A model generated the notes under the pieces. That model did no database searches. It saw nothing but the letters and a program-made list of their open reading frames with translations, and had not been told where the DNA came from. From an uncultured Candidatus Saccharibacteria bacterium (GTDB lineage Bacteria > Patescibacteriota > Minisyncoccia > UBA11713 > 2-01-FULL-45-33), in contig CAYXFX010000002.1 in the NCBI GenBank assembly GCA_964464405.1, forward strand, positions 44,027 to 108,026: a stretch of 64,000 nt of DNA. The letters are read 5' to 3'. Made by a program: the position numbers and the translations under genes. Positions 18,047 to 25,981 of the stretch are shown here, piece by piece. Each line of letters opens with the position of its first letter. Position 1 is the first letter of the stretch.

Positions 18047-20047
18047 TTATTGCAACTCGCGCGTGGAAATTTGAGTTAAAACTTTCTTCGCCGCAGAAAC
18101 TGCGGTTAAAATCTTGCCGCTAAAAATTGAGTAGCAGCCGAATCCGTGCGAAACGACATCTGTTGGACGAGCATCCGTTTTTGCGGCAAATGTTTCCGTA
18201 GGAAGTATTACAAACATTGATTCAACATATTCGCAATCTTTCAAAACCGGAAACCACTTTAAACACCTCTCTTTCATTTTCAAAAAACGAGACTTTGGTA
18301 ATTTTTTAATTTCGTCCAAAGATAAACTTGTTTTGCCCTCAAAACTTTTATGCACGGATAAAGGAACGTCTCCTAACGTGTATAAATTTTTAGATTTCCC
18401 TACAGGAACAAGGGTCGCGAAAGGTCCGTCCATAATTGTAACAGCGCATTTATTTTTGGTACGCAACTTAACAACAGCGAGTTCTTTTAATCTGAAATTG
18501 AGTCTCTTTAAAGGAAAGCCGAGCCACAGGCAAAATTTATTATATCTCGCATATGTCGCGTTAATAATGTAGTCGAACTCTTTTTCCTTTTTTTTGCCGT
18601 TAGTAACCATTGAAAGAATTTTTTTTCCGTTCGCGTTAAGTTTTACAGACAATATTTCGGAATTCAAACTCATTTTTGTATTCCGGTTTTTTTTGAGTCG
18701 ATTTAGTATATATTTTTTTAAAATATTATAATCATAAACCGCTTCAGGGGTTAAAATGGAAAAATTTACAGTTTCTTTATTTAGAAATTCTTTTGGAGGA
18801 TATGCGTTTTTTTTCGGCAAATTGTTGTCCTTACAAACTTTCAAAAATTGGCCTTTTGTAACATTTGAGCCGTTTTTTGACACGCAATAAAAACTTGGGA
18901 AATCAGAGACTATTGAAGGGCCGTAAAAATTTTCAAAATCCTGCCTTTCCTCCTGAATTTCTTTTATTGTCTCTGGGCTTCTCGGATAATGGTATCCAAA
19001 ATGATGCCTATATTGATTAGCGCGCGTTGCTTCTTCAAAAATATTTTTATTTTTTTCAAACAACTCAACTTCGAATTTTTTTCCCAAAATTAAAGCTGTC
19101 GTTGTTCCAAAAATTCCTCCTCCGATAACGGCGATTTTCTGCTTTTTGGATAGAGCGCGGTTTGCGCTCTCTATAATTTCAATAATTCTTTTTCCAACTT
19201 TTCCGTCAGGATATTCCTTAACTACTCCGGAAACGGCGCCCAAAAACGCCTCAAGTTCCAGACGCAACGGTTCTTTTCTTTCAATAACTTTTTCTTTTTC
19301 TCTTCCGTTTTTCACTAAAATTATGGAGCTTTTTGCGTAGTCACAAACAACTTTTGACCCGTCCGATGAATTAAAGATGAGCTTTCTAATTTTATCTTTT
19401 CCCTTCCAGCCGATTTCTAAATTTGCGTCTACCCCGTTCAGATACCTCATTGAAACGTTTTTTAGGAAACTTGTGCCATTTGCCCAGATTTTTTCAGGAA
19501 ATCTTCCGAATAAAAAATCTAAAACATCAAAAAAATGGAGTTCTTCCAAGAAAGCTTCTTCGCCCTTGTGATAAGTTGCAATCGGGCTTGTAAACACGCC
19601 TTCCACGCTTAAAATTTTTGGAATTTTTCTAAGCATCATGTTAACTTTTTCAGTAGCGGGGTGGTATCTAAAAATATGCCCGACCATTAATATTTTTTTG
19701 TATTTTTGCGCTAAATCAATGAGTTCCTTTGCTTTTTTTGAGTTGTCTGCAATTGGTTTTTCAACAAAAACATGCGCGTACGAAAGGCTTTTTTTTACCA
19801 AATCAAAGTGGGTTTTGTAGGGCGTCACAATATCTACGCAGTCAACAGATTTTAATAAGTCAGGCTGCAACTTCAAAAATACTGGAACATTATATTTCTC
19901 CTTAATTTCTTTTTGAGATTCTTTTGTTTTCACAACAACTCCCTTAAGTTCAATTTTTTTGTCTTCAGCAAGAGCAAGAAGCACTCTTAGATGATTTTTC
20001 CCGAATCTTCCTGCACCAACTAATAAAATTTTCGGGAGCCGCTTCAT
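18047..20047 (-). CDS. Two-domain oxidoreductase: Gfo/Idh/MocA-like NAD(P)-binding domain fused to an FAD-dependent oxidoreductase (DAO-like) domain
   Basis: The N-terminus has KILLVGAGRFGKNHL...DIVTPYKTHFDLVKKSLSYAHVFVEKP (GFO_IDH_MocA). The middle has KIAVIGGGIFGTTTAL...ELFEKN (a FAD dinucleotide-binding GxGxxG motif). Single 666-aa ORF. Confidence 0.7.
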   Translation of the reverse strand: MKRLPKILLVGAGRFGKNHLRVLLALAEDKKIELKGVVVKTKESQKEIKEKYNVPVFLKLQPDLLKSVDCVDIVTPYKTHFDLVKKSLSYAHVFVEKPIADNSKKAKELIDLAQKYKKILMVGHIFRYHPATEKVNMMLRKIPKILSVEGVFTSPIATYHKGEEAFLEELHFFDVLDFLFGRFPEKIWANGTSFLKNVSMRYLNGVDANLEIGWKGKDKIRKLIFNSSDGSKVVCDYAKSSIILVKNGREKEKVIERKEPLRLELEAFLGAVSGVVKEYPDGKVGKRIIEIIESANRALSKKQKIAVIGGGIFGTTTALILGKKFEVELFEKNKNIFEEATRANQYRHHFGYHYPRSPETIKEIQEERQDFENFYGPSIVSDFPSFYCVSKNGSNVTKGQFLKVCKDNNLPKKNAYPPKEFLNKETVNFSILTPEAVYDYNILKKYILNRLKKNRNTKMSLNSEILSVKLNANGKKILSMVTNGKKKEKEFDYIINATYARYNKFCLWLGFPLKRLNFRLKELAVVKLRTKNKCAVTIMDGPFATLVPVGKSKNLYTLGDVPLSVHKSFEGKTSLSLDEIKKLPKSRFLKMKERCLKWFPVLKDCEYVESMFVILPTETFAAKTDARPTDVVSHGFGCYSIFSGKILTAVSAAKKVLTQISTRELQ

Positions 20048-20772
20048 ATATTTTCCGTGATATGCCCGATCAAATTTGGAGCATCTTTTTCAGGATAACG
20101 ATACGGTTTTTTGAATCTAGCAATAAATGCTATTTTTAGTAAACCGAATCCGCCCTTAATCATATTTGAAATCTTAATTTTGGATTCTCCCGCTTTCCTT
20201 TCGTTATGAGAAACCCAAACCTCGCAAACTTTAGCTCCACGAGCTCTTGCTATTGCGGGCAAAAAAACTTGAACTTGCCCCCAAAGTTCAAAATCTTTAA
20301 TAAATTTCGATTTATATGCTTTAAGTCCGCAACCAAAATCGTGAACGGTAACTCCTAATAAAATTCTGGAAATTAAATTTGCAATTTTTGAAAACAATAT
20401 TCTGGATGCCGGATCTTGGCGATTTTCTCTCCTTCCCACTACCGCGTCGCACCCCGAATCAATTTTCGTTAAGAGTTTAGGAATTTCCTCTGGTAAATTT
20501 TGCAAATCGGCATCAAGAAAAACAATGGCATCTCCTTTTGCTTCTTTTATTCCAACGTTTAGTGCTGGAGTCTGGCCAGAATTTTTCGCAAGAGTTATCA
20601 ACTTGAGAGGATTAAGTTCGCGTGCAACCATCTCGGTGTTATCATGCGATCCGTCGTTTACAAATATTATTTCGTAAGGACGGCCGTATTTTTCCATTAC
20701 GACTGTTATCCGCTGATGAAGTTCTTTTACTGTGCGCTCTTCATTATAAACAGGTACGACAATTGAAATCAT
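20044..20772 (-). CDS. Family 2 glycosyltransferase (polyprenyl-phosphate sugar synthase-like)
   Basis: ISIVVPVYNEE...EIIFVNDGSHDNT...FLDADLQN, with a C-terminal amphipathic/TM region. Confidence 0.85.
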   Translation of the reverse strand: MISIVVPVYNEERTVKELHQRITVVMEKYGRPYEIIFVNDGSHDNTEMVARELNPLKLITLAKNSGQTPALNVGIKEAKGDAIVFLDADLQNLPEEIPKLLTKIDSGCDAVVGRRENRQDPASRILFSKIANLISRILLGVTVHDFGCGLKAYKSKFIKDFELWGQVQVFLPAIARARGAKVCEVWVSHNERKAGESKIKISNMIKGGFGLLKIAFIARFKKPYRYPEKDAPNLIGHITENI

Positions 20773-20781
20773 ATTACTTAC

Positions 20782-21447
20782 TTATACTACCCTATTAATG
20801 TCTTCCGGCGAAGTAAAAGAAGGCCTGTTTTTTGCGATTACTGCCTTTACATTGTGTTCTTTTACAAATTTATTCATGAGCGACGTTAAATAATATTCAC
20901 CTGTCTCATGCTTTTCCGGAATGTAATTAAAAAGATCTGAATTTACAAGCATGAGCCCTCCTCCCCCCAAACTTGATTTCGGTTCCTGCGGCTTTTCTAC
21001 AATTTCAGTAATGAACCCTTCCGAAGACACCGTTACAATTCCGGAAGCCTTGGGATTTTCTACTTCCCAGCAAAGCCACGCAAATTCATTTTCAAGGCAT
21101 TTTTCAACATCGTTTTTTGAAATCAATTCGTCTGCATAAAAAATTAGAAATCTCTCCGCTTCGGTAAATAAATGCTTCGTAAGCAAAACGGCATTTCCGG
21201 TTCCCGAAAGCTCTTCTTGAACTATGTAGTGAATTTTTCTCCCTTTATAATTTTCTCCCAAGTATTCTTTGATTTTGTCGCCCATATAGCCGATGACGAG
21301 TATCGCTTCATTTATTTCTTCTGTAAGCGAATCAAAGATGTAGTCTAAAAAAGTTTTTTCGTTAAATTTTAAAAGCGGTTTAGGAACTTCATCCGTCAGA
21401 TGCCGCATTCTCTTTCCTCTACCTGCCGCCAGTATTATTGCCTTCAT
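20782..21447 (-). CDS. hddC: Sugar-1-phosphate nucleotidyltransferase; D-glycero-α-D-manno-heptose-1-phosphate guanylyltransferase (HddC-like)
   Basis: MKAIILAAGRGKRMRHLTDEVPKPLL NTP_transferase motif; 221 aa; clusters with gmhA, hddA and gmhB. Confidence 0.75.
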   Translation of the reverse strand: MKAIILAAGRGKRMRHLTDEVPKPLLKFNEKTFLDYIFDSLTEEINEAILVIGYMGDKIKEYLGENYKGRKIHYIVQEELSGTGNAVLLTKHLFTEAERFLIFYADELISKNDVEKCLENEFAWLCWEVENPKASGIVTVSSEGFITEIVEKPQEPKSSLGGGGLMLVNSDLFNYIPEKHETGEYYLTSLMNKFVKEHNVKAVIAKNRPSFTSPEDINRVV

Positions 21448-21548
21448 TCACATATTTTTAACTTTATTTTCTACTCCGTCAACTTGACGACTATAACTAA
21501 TAATGTAAATGTCACATAAGACCGTATCAGAAAGGATGTTCATGAATA

Positions 21549-22160
21549 TTGAAATCGCTGATTATTTCCGCTTTGATGTTCGGCTTGTGGCCGCTTGTGA
21601 TGCAAAAAAGCGAGCTCCCGGACACAACCAAGGCCTTTCTTTTGACTTCTGTCACAATCGTTGTGGTTGGTTTTGCATTTTTCGCGTTTATGTCCACAAA
21701 TAGTTTCCAAACCGCTGGCCAAGGGATTATAATCGCAGTACTAATTGCTAGTGTTGGCGGCGCAATGAATGGTTTTGGCACATTAAAATTTTTAGATGCT
21801 ACAAGCGCAGTTGCAAAAATAGATTTGGCAAAAGCCATTCTTACGATGATTTTAATGCAAGTTACAGCAAACGAACTCGGGGGGGATACTTCTTTACGGA
21901 TCTCCCATAACTTTGAAAAAGGTTGCGGGATTTATTTCCGCAGTCATAACTTTTTGTTTACTTGTTTTATAAAAAAACCGTCCGCGATTAGATCGGGGCG
22001 GTATTTTTTATTTGTTAAAAACACAGCGCTCAAAAAACCCGCTGATTTGCCTCCAGTCTGTAAAAACCTTGTAAGCGCCAGAGCAGTACAAATTCCTTAT
22101 TACTGTTTCGTCATCATACACTGGAATTCCGATGACCATAGAACCAGCCGCAACCCCTGA
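21549..22160 (+). CDS. Hypothetical small membrane protein. Doubtful: the 3' half is probably not coding.
   Basis: The first ~115 aa are hydrophobic (3-4 TM). The last 153 nt overlap the convergent HAD gene and translate to low-plausibility sequence. Confidence 0.3.
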   Translation: MKSLIISALMFGLWPLVMQKSELPDTTKAFLLTSVTIVVVGFAFFAFMSTNSFQTAGQGIIIAVLIASVGGAMNGFGTLKFLDATSAVAKIDLAKAILTMILMQVTANELGGDTSLRISHNFEKGCGIYFRSHNFLFTCFIKKPSAIRSGRYFLFVKNTALKKPADLPPVCKNLVSARAVQIPYYCFVIIHWNSDDHRTSRNP

Positions 22161-22709
22161 TTTGACTCCTCGCGGCGAATCCTCAAATACAACCTGTTCT
22201 GTCGGATCAATCCCCATGCGAGCAGATGTTTCCAAAAAACAGTCGGGGGCAGGCTTAGAATTTTTCACGTCAGTTAGTAAAACAATTTCATGAAGCATAA
22301 AAAGTTTTGCAAGTCCGGAATATTTAAGTAGCGCCAGACCACGTTCGAGTTCAACCGCCGTCCCTATGGATGTGCGATACCCCGCACATCTGATCTGTCC
22401 GAGGAACTCCAAGAATCTCGGCCGAGGCGATAAGTCCAAAGTTCTTAAAAGCTTGTCATAATGCAACCCTTTTCTTGCAAGAAATTCTTCCTGAGTTAAA
22501 TCCGGTTTTTTAGAAGCAAGAGAATAAATTTCTTGAATAATTTCTTTATCAGGCCCACCAATGAAGTGAGGCAATGTTTTAATGGCCTCTTTAAGCGTAA
22601 GACGCACCCCAATTTCTTCGGCGGCCATAAGCCACCCATTATGATGCGCAGGCTCCACATTTATCACAGTACCTTCTAAATCAAACGCCGCTCCCTTTAT
22701 CTGTGTCAT
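22008..22709 (-). CDS. HAD-superfamily hydrolase (β-phosphoglucomutase/phosphatase-like, subfamily IA)
   Basis: FDLEGTV motif I and VVFEDSPRGVKSGVAAG motifs III and IV; 233 aa. Confidence 0.7.
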   Translation of the reverse strand: MTQIKGAAFDLEGTVINVEPAHHNGWLMAAEEIGVRLTLKEAIKTLPHFIGGPDKEIIQEIYSLASKKPDLTQEEFLARKGLHYDKLLRTLDLSPRPRFLEFLGQIRCAGYRTSIGTAVELERGLALLKYSGLAKLFMLHEIVLLTDVKNSKPAPDCFLETSARMGIDPTEQVVFEDSPRGVKSGVAAGSMVIGIPVYDDETVIRNLYCSGAYKVFTDWRQISGFFERCVFNK

Positions 22710-22791
22710 CTTGCAAACCCCCTTCTTAAACTAACCAAAAACTATCAAAAAAAAGAAACAATGTCAAGCGTTAACAGGTTTTATTTCTAAT

Positions 22792-23547
22792 ATGGAGCAG
22801 CCGCAATATTTAGCGATGTACAACATGGAGCGCGATCATTGGTGGTTTCGCGGAAGGCGGAAGATACTGCATTCATGCCTAAAAACACACTCTCCCGTTA
22901 AAAGAAATAATGCCTTAGACATCGGCTGCGGTACAGGATTTAACGCGGCCTTGCTTTCAAACTTTGCAAAAAAAGTCGCTGGGCTTGATTTTTCGGACAC
23001 CGCTTTGGAGCTTGCGCGCAAAAGCAATCCGAACCTCACTTTAATTAAAGGCGCTTTTCCGGATTATAAAACTGGCGAAAAATATGAAATGATCACGTTG
23101 CTTGACGTTTTGGAGCATATTGACGATGACGCTAGAGCAATTAAACGGGTTGAAGAACTTTTGGCTCCCGGAGGGATTGCATTAATTACAATTCCTGCTT
23201 ACAAATTTTTATGGACAGAGCACGACGCGCTACTTCATCACAAGCGAAGATACACTAAGGCAGATGTCCTTAATCTAATTTCAAAAAATACATGCCTTAG
23301 CGTAAAAAAGGTAAGTTATTTTAACGCATTCATGTTTTTTCCAATTTTATTTTTTAGATTTATCAGAAAAGTTTTCCGCTTAAAAGAAGGAAATTCAGAT
23401 TTTTTTATGTTGCCCAAGCCATTAAATAATATTCTTGAAAAAATTTTTTCCTGGGAAGCACAAGCACTGCAATTCATCAATTTTCCCTTCGGAGTTTCAA
23501 TTATGGTTTTGCTGAAAAAAGAGTCGGCGTCTACTAAAGAAAGCTGA
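22792..23547 (+). CDS. Class I SAM-dependent methyltransferase
   Basis: ALDIGCGTGFNAALL motif I and LAPGGIALIT motif III. Confidence 0.8.
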   Translation: MEQPQYLAMYNMERDHWWFRGRRKILHSCLKTHSPVKRNNALDIGCGTGFNAALLSNFAKKVAGLDFSDTALELARKSNPNLTLIKGAFPDYKTGEKYEMITLLDVLEHIDDDARAIKRVEELLAPGGIALITIPAYKFLWTEHDALLHHKRRYTKADVLNLISKNTCLSVKKVSYFNAFMFFPILFFRFIRKVFRLKEGNSDFFMLPKPLNNILEKIFSWEAQALQFINFPFGVSIMVLLKKESASTKES

Positions 23548-23671
23548 TGTCTCTTCACTTTCCTCGCTCGCTCCGGCGCGGCTCGCTCAGGGTTTCGCGC
23601 TTCGCTCTTTTTGCTTCGCAAAAAACCAAGCCCGCTTCGCGCTCAAAACCCGCTCAGAAACATCAGCTTTC
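23539..23671. repeat. GC-rich ~133-bp palindromic repeat element, intergenic copy A, with perfect 12-bp terminal inverted repeats
   Basis: GAAAGCTGATGT (23539-23550) and ACATCAGCTTTC (23660-23671) flank a GC-rich core in an AT-rich genome. The core is about 70% identical to 27001-27138 (shared blocks CTTTCCTCG..TCCGGC, CTCAGGGT, GCTTCGCAAAAAACC, AAACCCGC). Confidence 0.7.
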
Positions 23672-23677
23672 TTTAAA

Positions 23678-25111
23678 TTACCAATATGTATAAAACAAAA
23701 CCTGCATAAATATGATTTGAAAAAATAACATGGAAAGAACAGAAGAAAAGTCGTCATCGCTTAAAGTTCTCCCTGAATAAATAACCGGCAAAATAAAAAG
23801 CGGAGTTATAAATAGCCAAATCCGCTCAATTTCTCCTTGGAATATGCCGACTAATAGAAAAATTGCGAGCATAAAAAATCCGACTAAATAGGGCCATAAT
23901 TTTTCTCTAAATATATTCCTGACATTTTTTAAAATAAGATAAATATTGGCAAATCCCAAATAAATGCAAAAAGCCGCCAAGTTTATAAAAAAATAAATAA
24001 AATATATTCTAATTGATTCGAAGTTGCTGCTAACCGTTTCCGCGTTGGATTTATAAGAATCAAAAAAATCATTAATCACCGAATATCCTGCCCAAAGCTT
24101 AAGCGCTAAAAAAAATAAAATAAATCCCAAAGCCGCAAAAACAGCCCTTGCGAAAGTTTTAAAATTATTTTGCGAAAAATTAAAAAGTGCGTAAATAATA
24201 AGCAATAAATATAAAGGTGTGAGCAGCAAAAAAAGGAAATTTGAAAAAAGCGAAAACCCCGCTAGTACCCCTCCCGCGAAAGCCAAAATGAGATTTTTTT
24301 TAACGCCAAAGTAAATTAGCACAAACGCAATAAATGAGAAAAACAAAAACGTCGTTTCCATCGAAGTCGCGCTAAACATAAGGAAACTCGGAACAAGCGC
24401 GAAAATCTGAATTCCGCGCCTTGCTTCTGCTTCACTGGCAAATTCGCACAATAAATAGTAAAGTAGGAAAATAGTAAGACCCCCAAGCATTACAACTAAT
24501 AGGGATATGCCGGCTAAATTTGGCCAAGAAACTTTTTGAAAAGCGTAAAGTATTAAAGAATACCCGGGTGGGTGCCAACGGCTATGAAGCGCAAGCTGGA
24601 GTTTGAGATTCGAATAGTCTTTTATAAAATCCTGCGCGCTTGTAATAAGCGGCAAATTACCAGAATATTCCCAGCGAGTGCGGGTAAACGGTTCATAAAC
24701 GCCGTAAAATCCCTCGCGTATTGCCGCAATACTAACCGCAAGAAAAACAAATATTATATAAAGTGTAAGTAAAAATTTAAAAGTTGAAAAATTTTCTATC
24801 CGCTTCCTAAAATAAATAAATATTAAAAAAATAAAAAATGCGGCCGAAAACCAAAAATATCCCGATGTTTTAGGTGAGAAAATCGCATAAAAAATTAAAC
24901 GGTCGGGAATATAACCTTTGTAAAAAAAAGAAATAAAAGCTTTAAGTAAAGAAAAAAAAGAAACGAGTCCCAAAACCAAAAAAAATAAGCGCCGCGAAAA
25001 AACATTTTTCTTAAAATAAAAAAAATACCAAAAAGTAAATATGACGGAAAATATAAATAACGTAACAATTCCCCAAAAAGCAATTACGAGCTTCGGCCCT
25101 GAAATATCCAT
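23678..25111 (-). CDS. Polytopic membrane protein, probable GT-C-type (PMT_2/ArnT-like) glycosyltransferase
   Basis: 477 aa and very hydrophobic. The loop motif ..HSRWHPPGYSLILY.. resembles the KPPL motif of PMT_2/ArnT. It is paired with a divergent GT2 gene. Confidence 0.55.
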   Translation of the reverse strand: MDISGPKLVIAFWGIVTLFIFSVIFTFWYFFYFKKNVFSRRLFFLVLGLVSFFSLLKAFISFFYKGYIPDRLIFYAIFSPKTSGYFWFSAAFFIFLIFIYFRKRIENFSTFKFLLTLYIIFVFLAVSIAAIREGFYGVYEPFTRTRWEYSGNLPLITSAQDFIKDYSNLKLQLALHSRWHPPGYSLILYAFQKVSWPNLAGISLLVVMLGGLTIFLLYYLLCEFASEAEARRGIQIFALVPSFLMFSATSMETTFLFFSFIAFVLIYFGVKKNLILAFAGGVLAGFSLFSNFLFLLLTPLYLLLIIYALFNFSQNNFKTFARAVFAALGFILFFLALKLWAGYSVINDFFDSYKSNAETVSSNFESIRIYFIYFFINLAAFCIYLGFANIYLILKNVRNIFREKLWPYLVGFFMLAIFLLVGIFQGEIERIWLFITPLFILPVIYSGRTLSDDDFSSVLSMLFFQIIFMQVLFYTYW

Positions 25112-25817
25112 AGTTATACCAGTTTATAACGATGAAGCAGCAATCGGCAAGAGCTTGCGTTTGCTTACCGATTTCATAAATTTAGGCGGTCTAAATGCCG
25201 AAGTTTTAATAATTAATGACGGGGGCAAAGACAAAACTCTGGAAACCGTAAAAAATGAAATGCAAAAATTCCCTTTTATTAAATTAATCGATAGAAAAAA
25301 AAATAAAGGAAAAGGTTTTACAGTAAGAGAAGGTTTTGGCGCAGCCCAAGGAGATATTATTTTGTTTACTGACGCCGATCTTCCGTACGGAACAAAATAT
25401 TTCGAAAAATTCATTGAAGCAATTAATTCTGGCGCAGATTTAGCTATCGCAAATAGAAATCTTTTAAAATTCATGAAAGAAAAGAAAAGCCCCGGACTCT
25501 TGCGCACTCTAAACCATTGGGGTACAATATTTTTTGTAAAAATGCTGCTAGGCCTTCCCTTTTCAGACACTCAAGCGGGACTTAAGGGAATAAAAAAAGA
25601 AGCGGCGATGCGCCTCCTTCCTAAATTAACTATTGATAGGTATGCTTTCGATCTTGAACTTTTGGTAGCCGCCAAAAAATCAAATTTCAAAATTGCTGAA
25701 ATTCCCGTAGCGCTTGAAAATGTCGGATCCTCACACATCAATATTTTGCGCGACACTCTCGAAGCCCTGCGCGACGCTCTTAAAATCTGGTGGAGAATGA
25801 GAAAAAATTTATATTGA
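25041..25817 (+). CDS. Family 2 glycosyltransferase (dolichyl/polyprenyl-phosphate glucosyltransferase-like)
   Basis: ISIVIPVYNDE...VLIINDGGKDKT...TDADLPYG. Confidence 0.85.
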   Translation: MTENINNVTIPQKAITSFGPEISIVIPVYNDEAAIGKSLRLLTDFINLGGLNAEVLIINDGGKDKTLETVKNEMQKFPFIKLIDRKKNKGKGFTVREGFGAAQGDIILFTDADLPYGTKYFEKFIEAINSGADLAIANRNLLKFMKEKKSPGLLRTLNHWGTIFFVKMLLGLPFSDTQAGLKGIKKEAAMRLLPKLTIDRYAFDLELLVAAKKSNFKIAEIPVALENVGSSHINILRDTLEALRDALKIWWRMRKNLY

Positions 25818-25853
25818 AAATATTATCTAAAAAAAGACTAGCGGAGTCTCAAA

Positions 25854-25895
25854 AAGCATTCCAACTTTACGCGATCGCGTAAAGTTGGAATGCTT
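25854..25895. repeat. 42-bp perfect palindrome with GCGATCGC (HIP1-like) core; bidirectional terminator-like
   Basis: AAGCATTCCAACTTTACGCGATCGCGTAAAGTTGGAATGCTT, followed by a T-run. It is intergenic between convergent or adjacent genes. The core CAACTTTACGCGATCGCGTAAAGTTG recurs at 63179-63202 and 63782-63807. Confidence 0.7.
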
Positions 25896-25981
25896 ATTTT
25901 TATTTTTTCTTTTTTCTGAAATTTACCACTTGGTGCGCTATAGCATGTTATGTTGCATTTTAAATATTTAGATCATTTCAT

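Noticed and set aside
21549-22160. A plus-strand 203-aa ORF overlapping the HAD gene convergently by 153 nt.
   Set aside because: Only the first ~115 codons look protein-like (hydrophobic). The overlapping tail translates implausibly, and the HAD gene's C-terminal motifs need that DNA. It is kept only as a low-confidence feature.
25858-25891. The GCGATCGC (HIP1) core might mean a cyanobacterial origin.
   Set aside because: Gene content (no photosynthesis genes, a CPR-like reduced repertoire, low GC) does not fit cyanobacteria. The octamer occurs only inside one longer palindrome family here.
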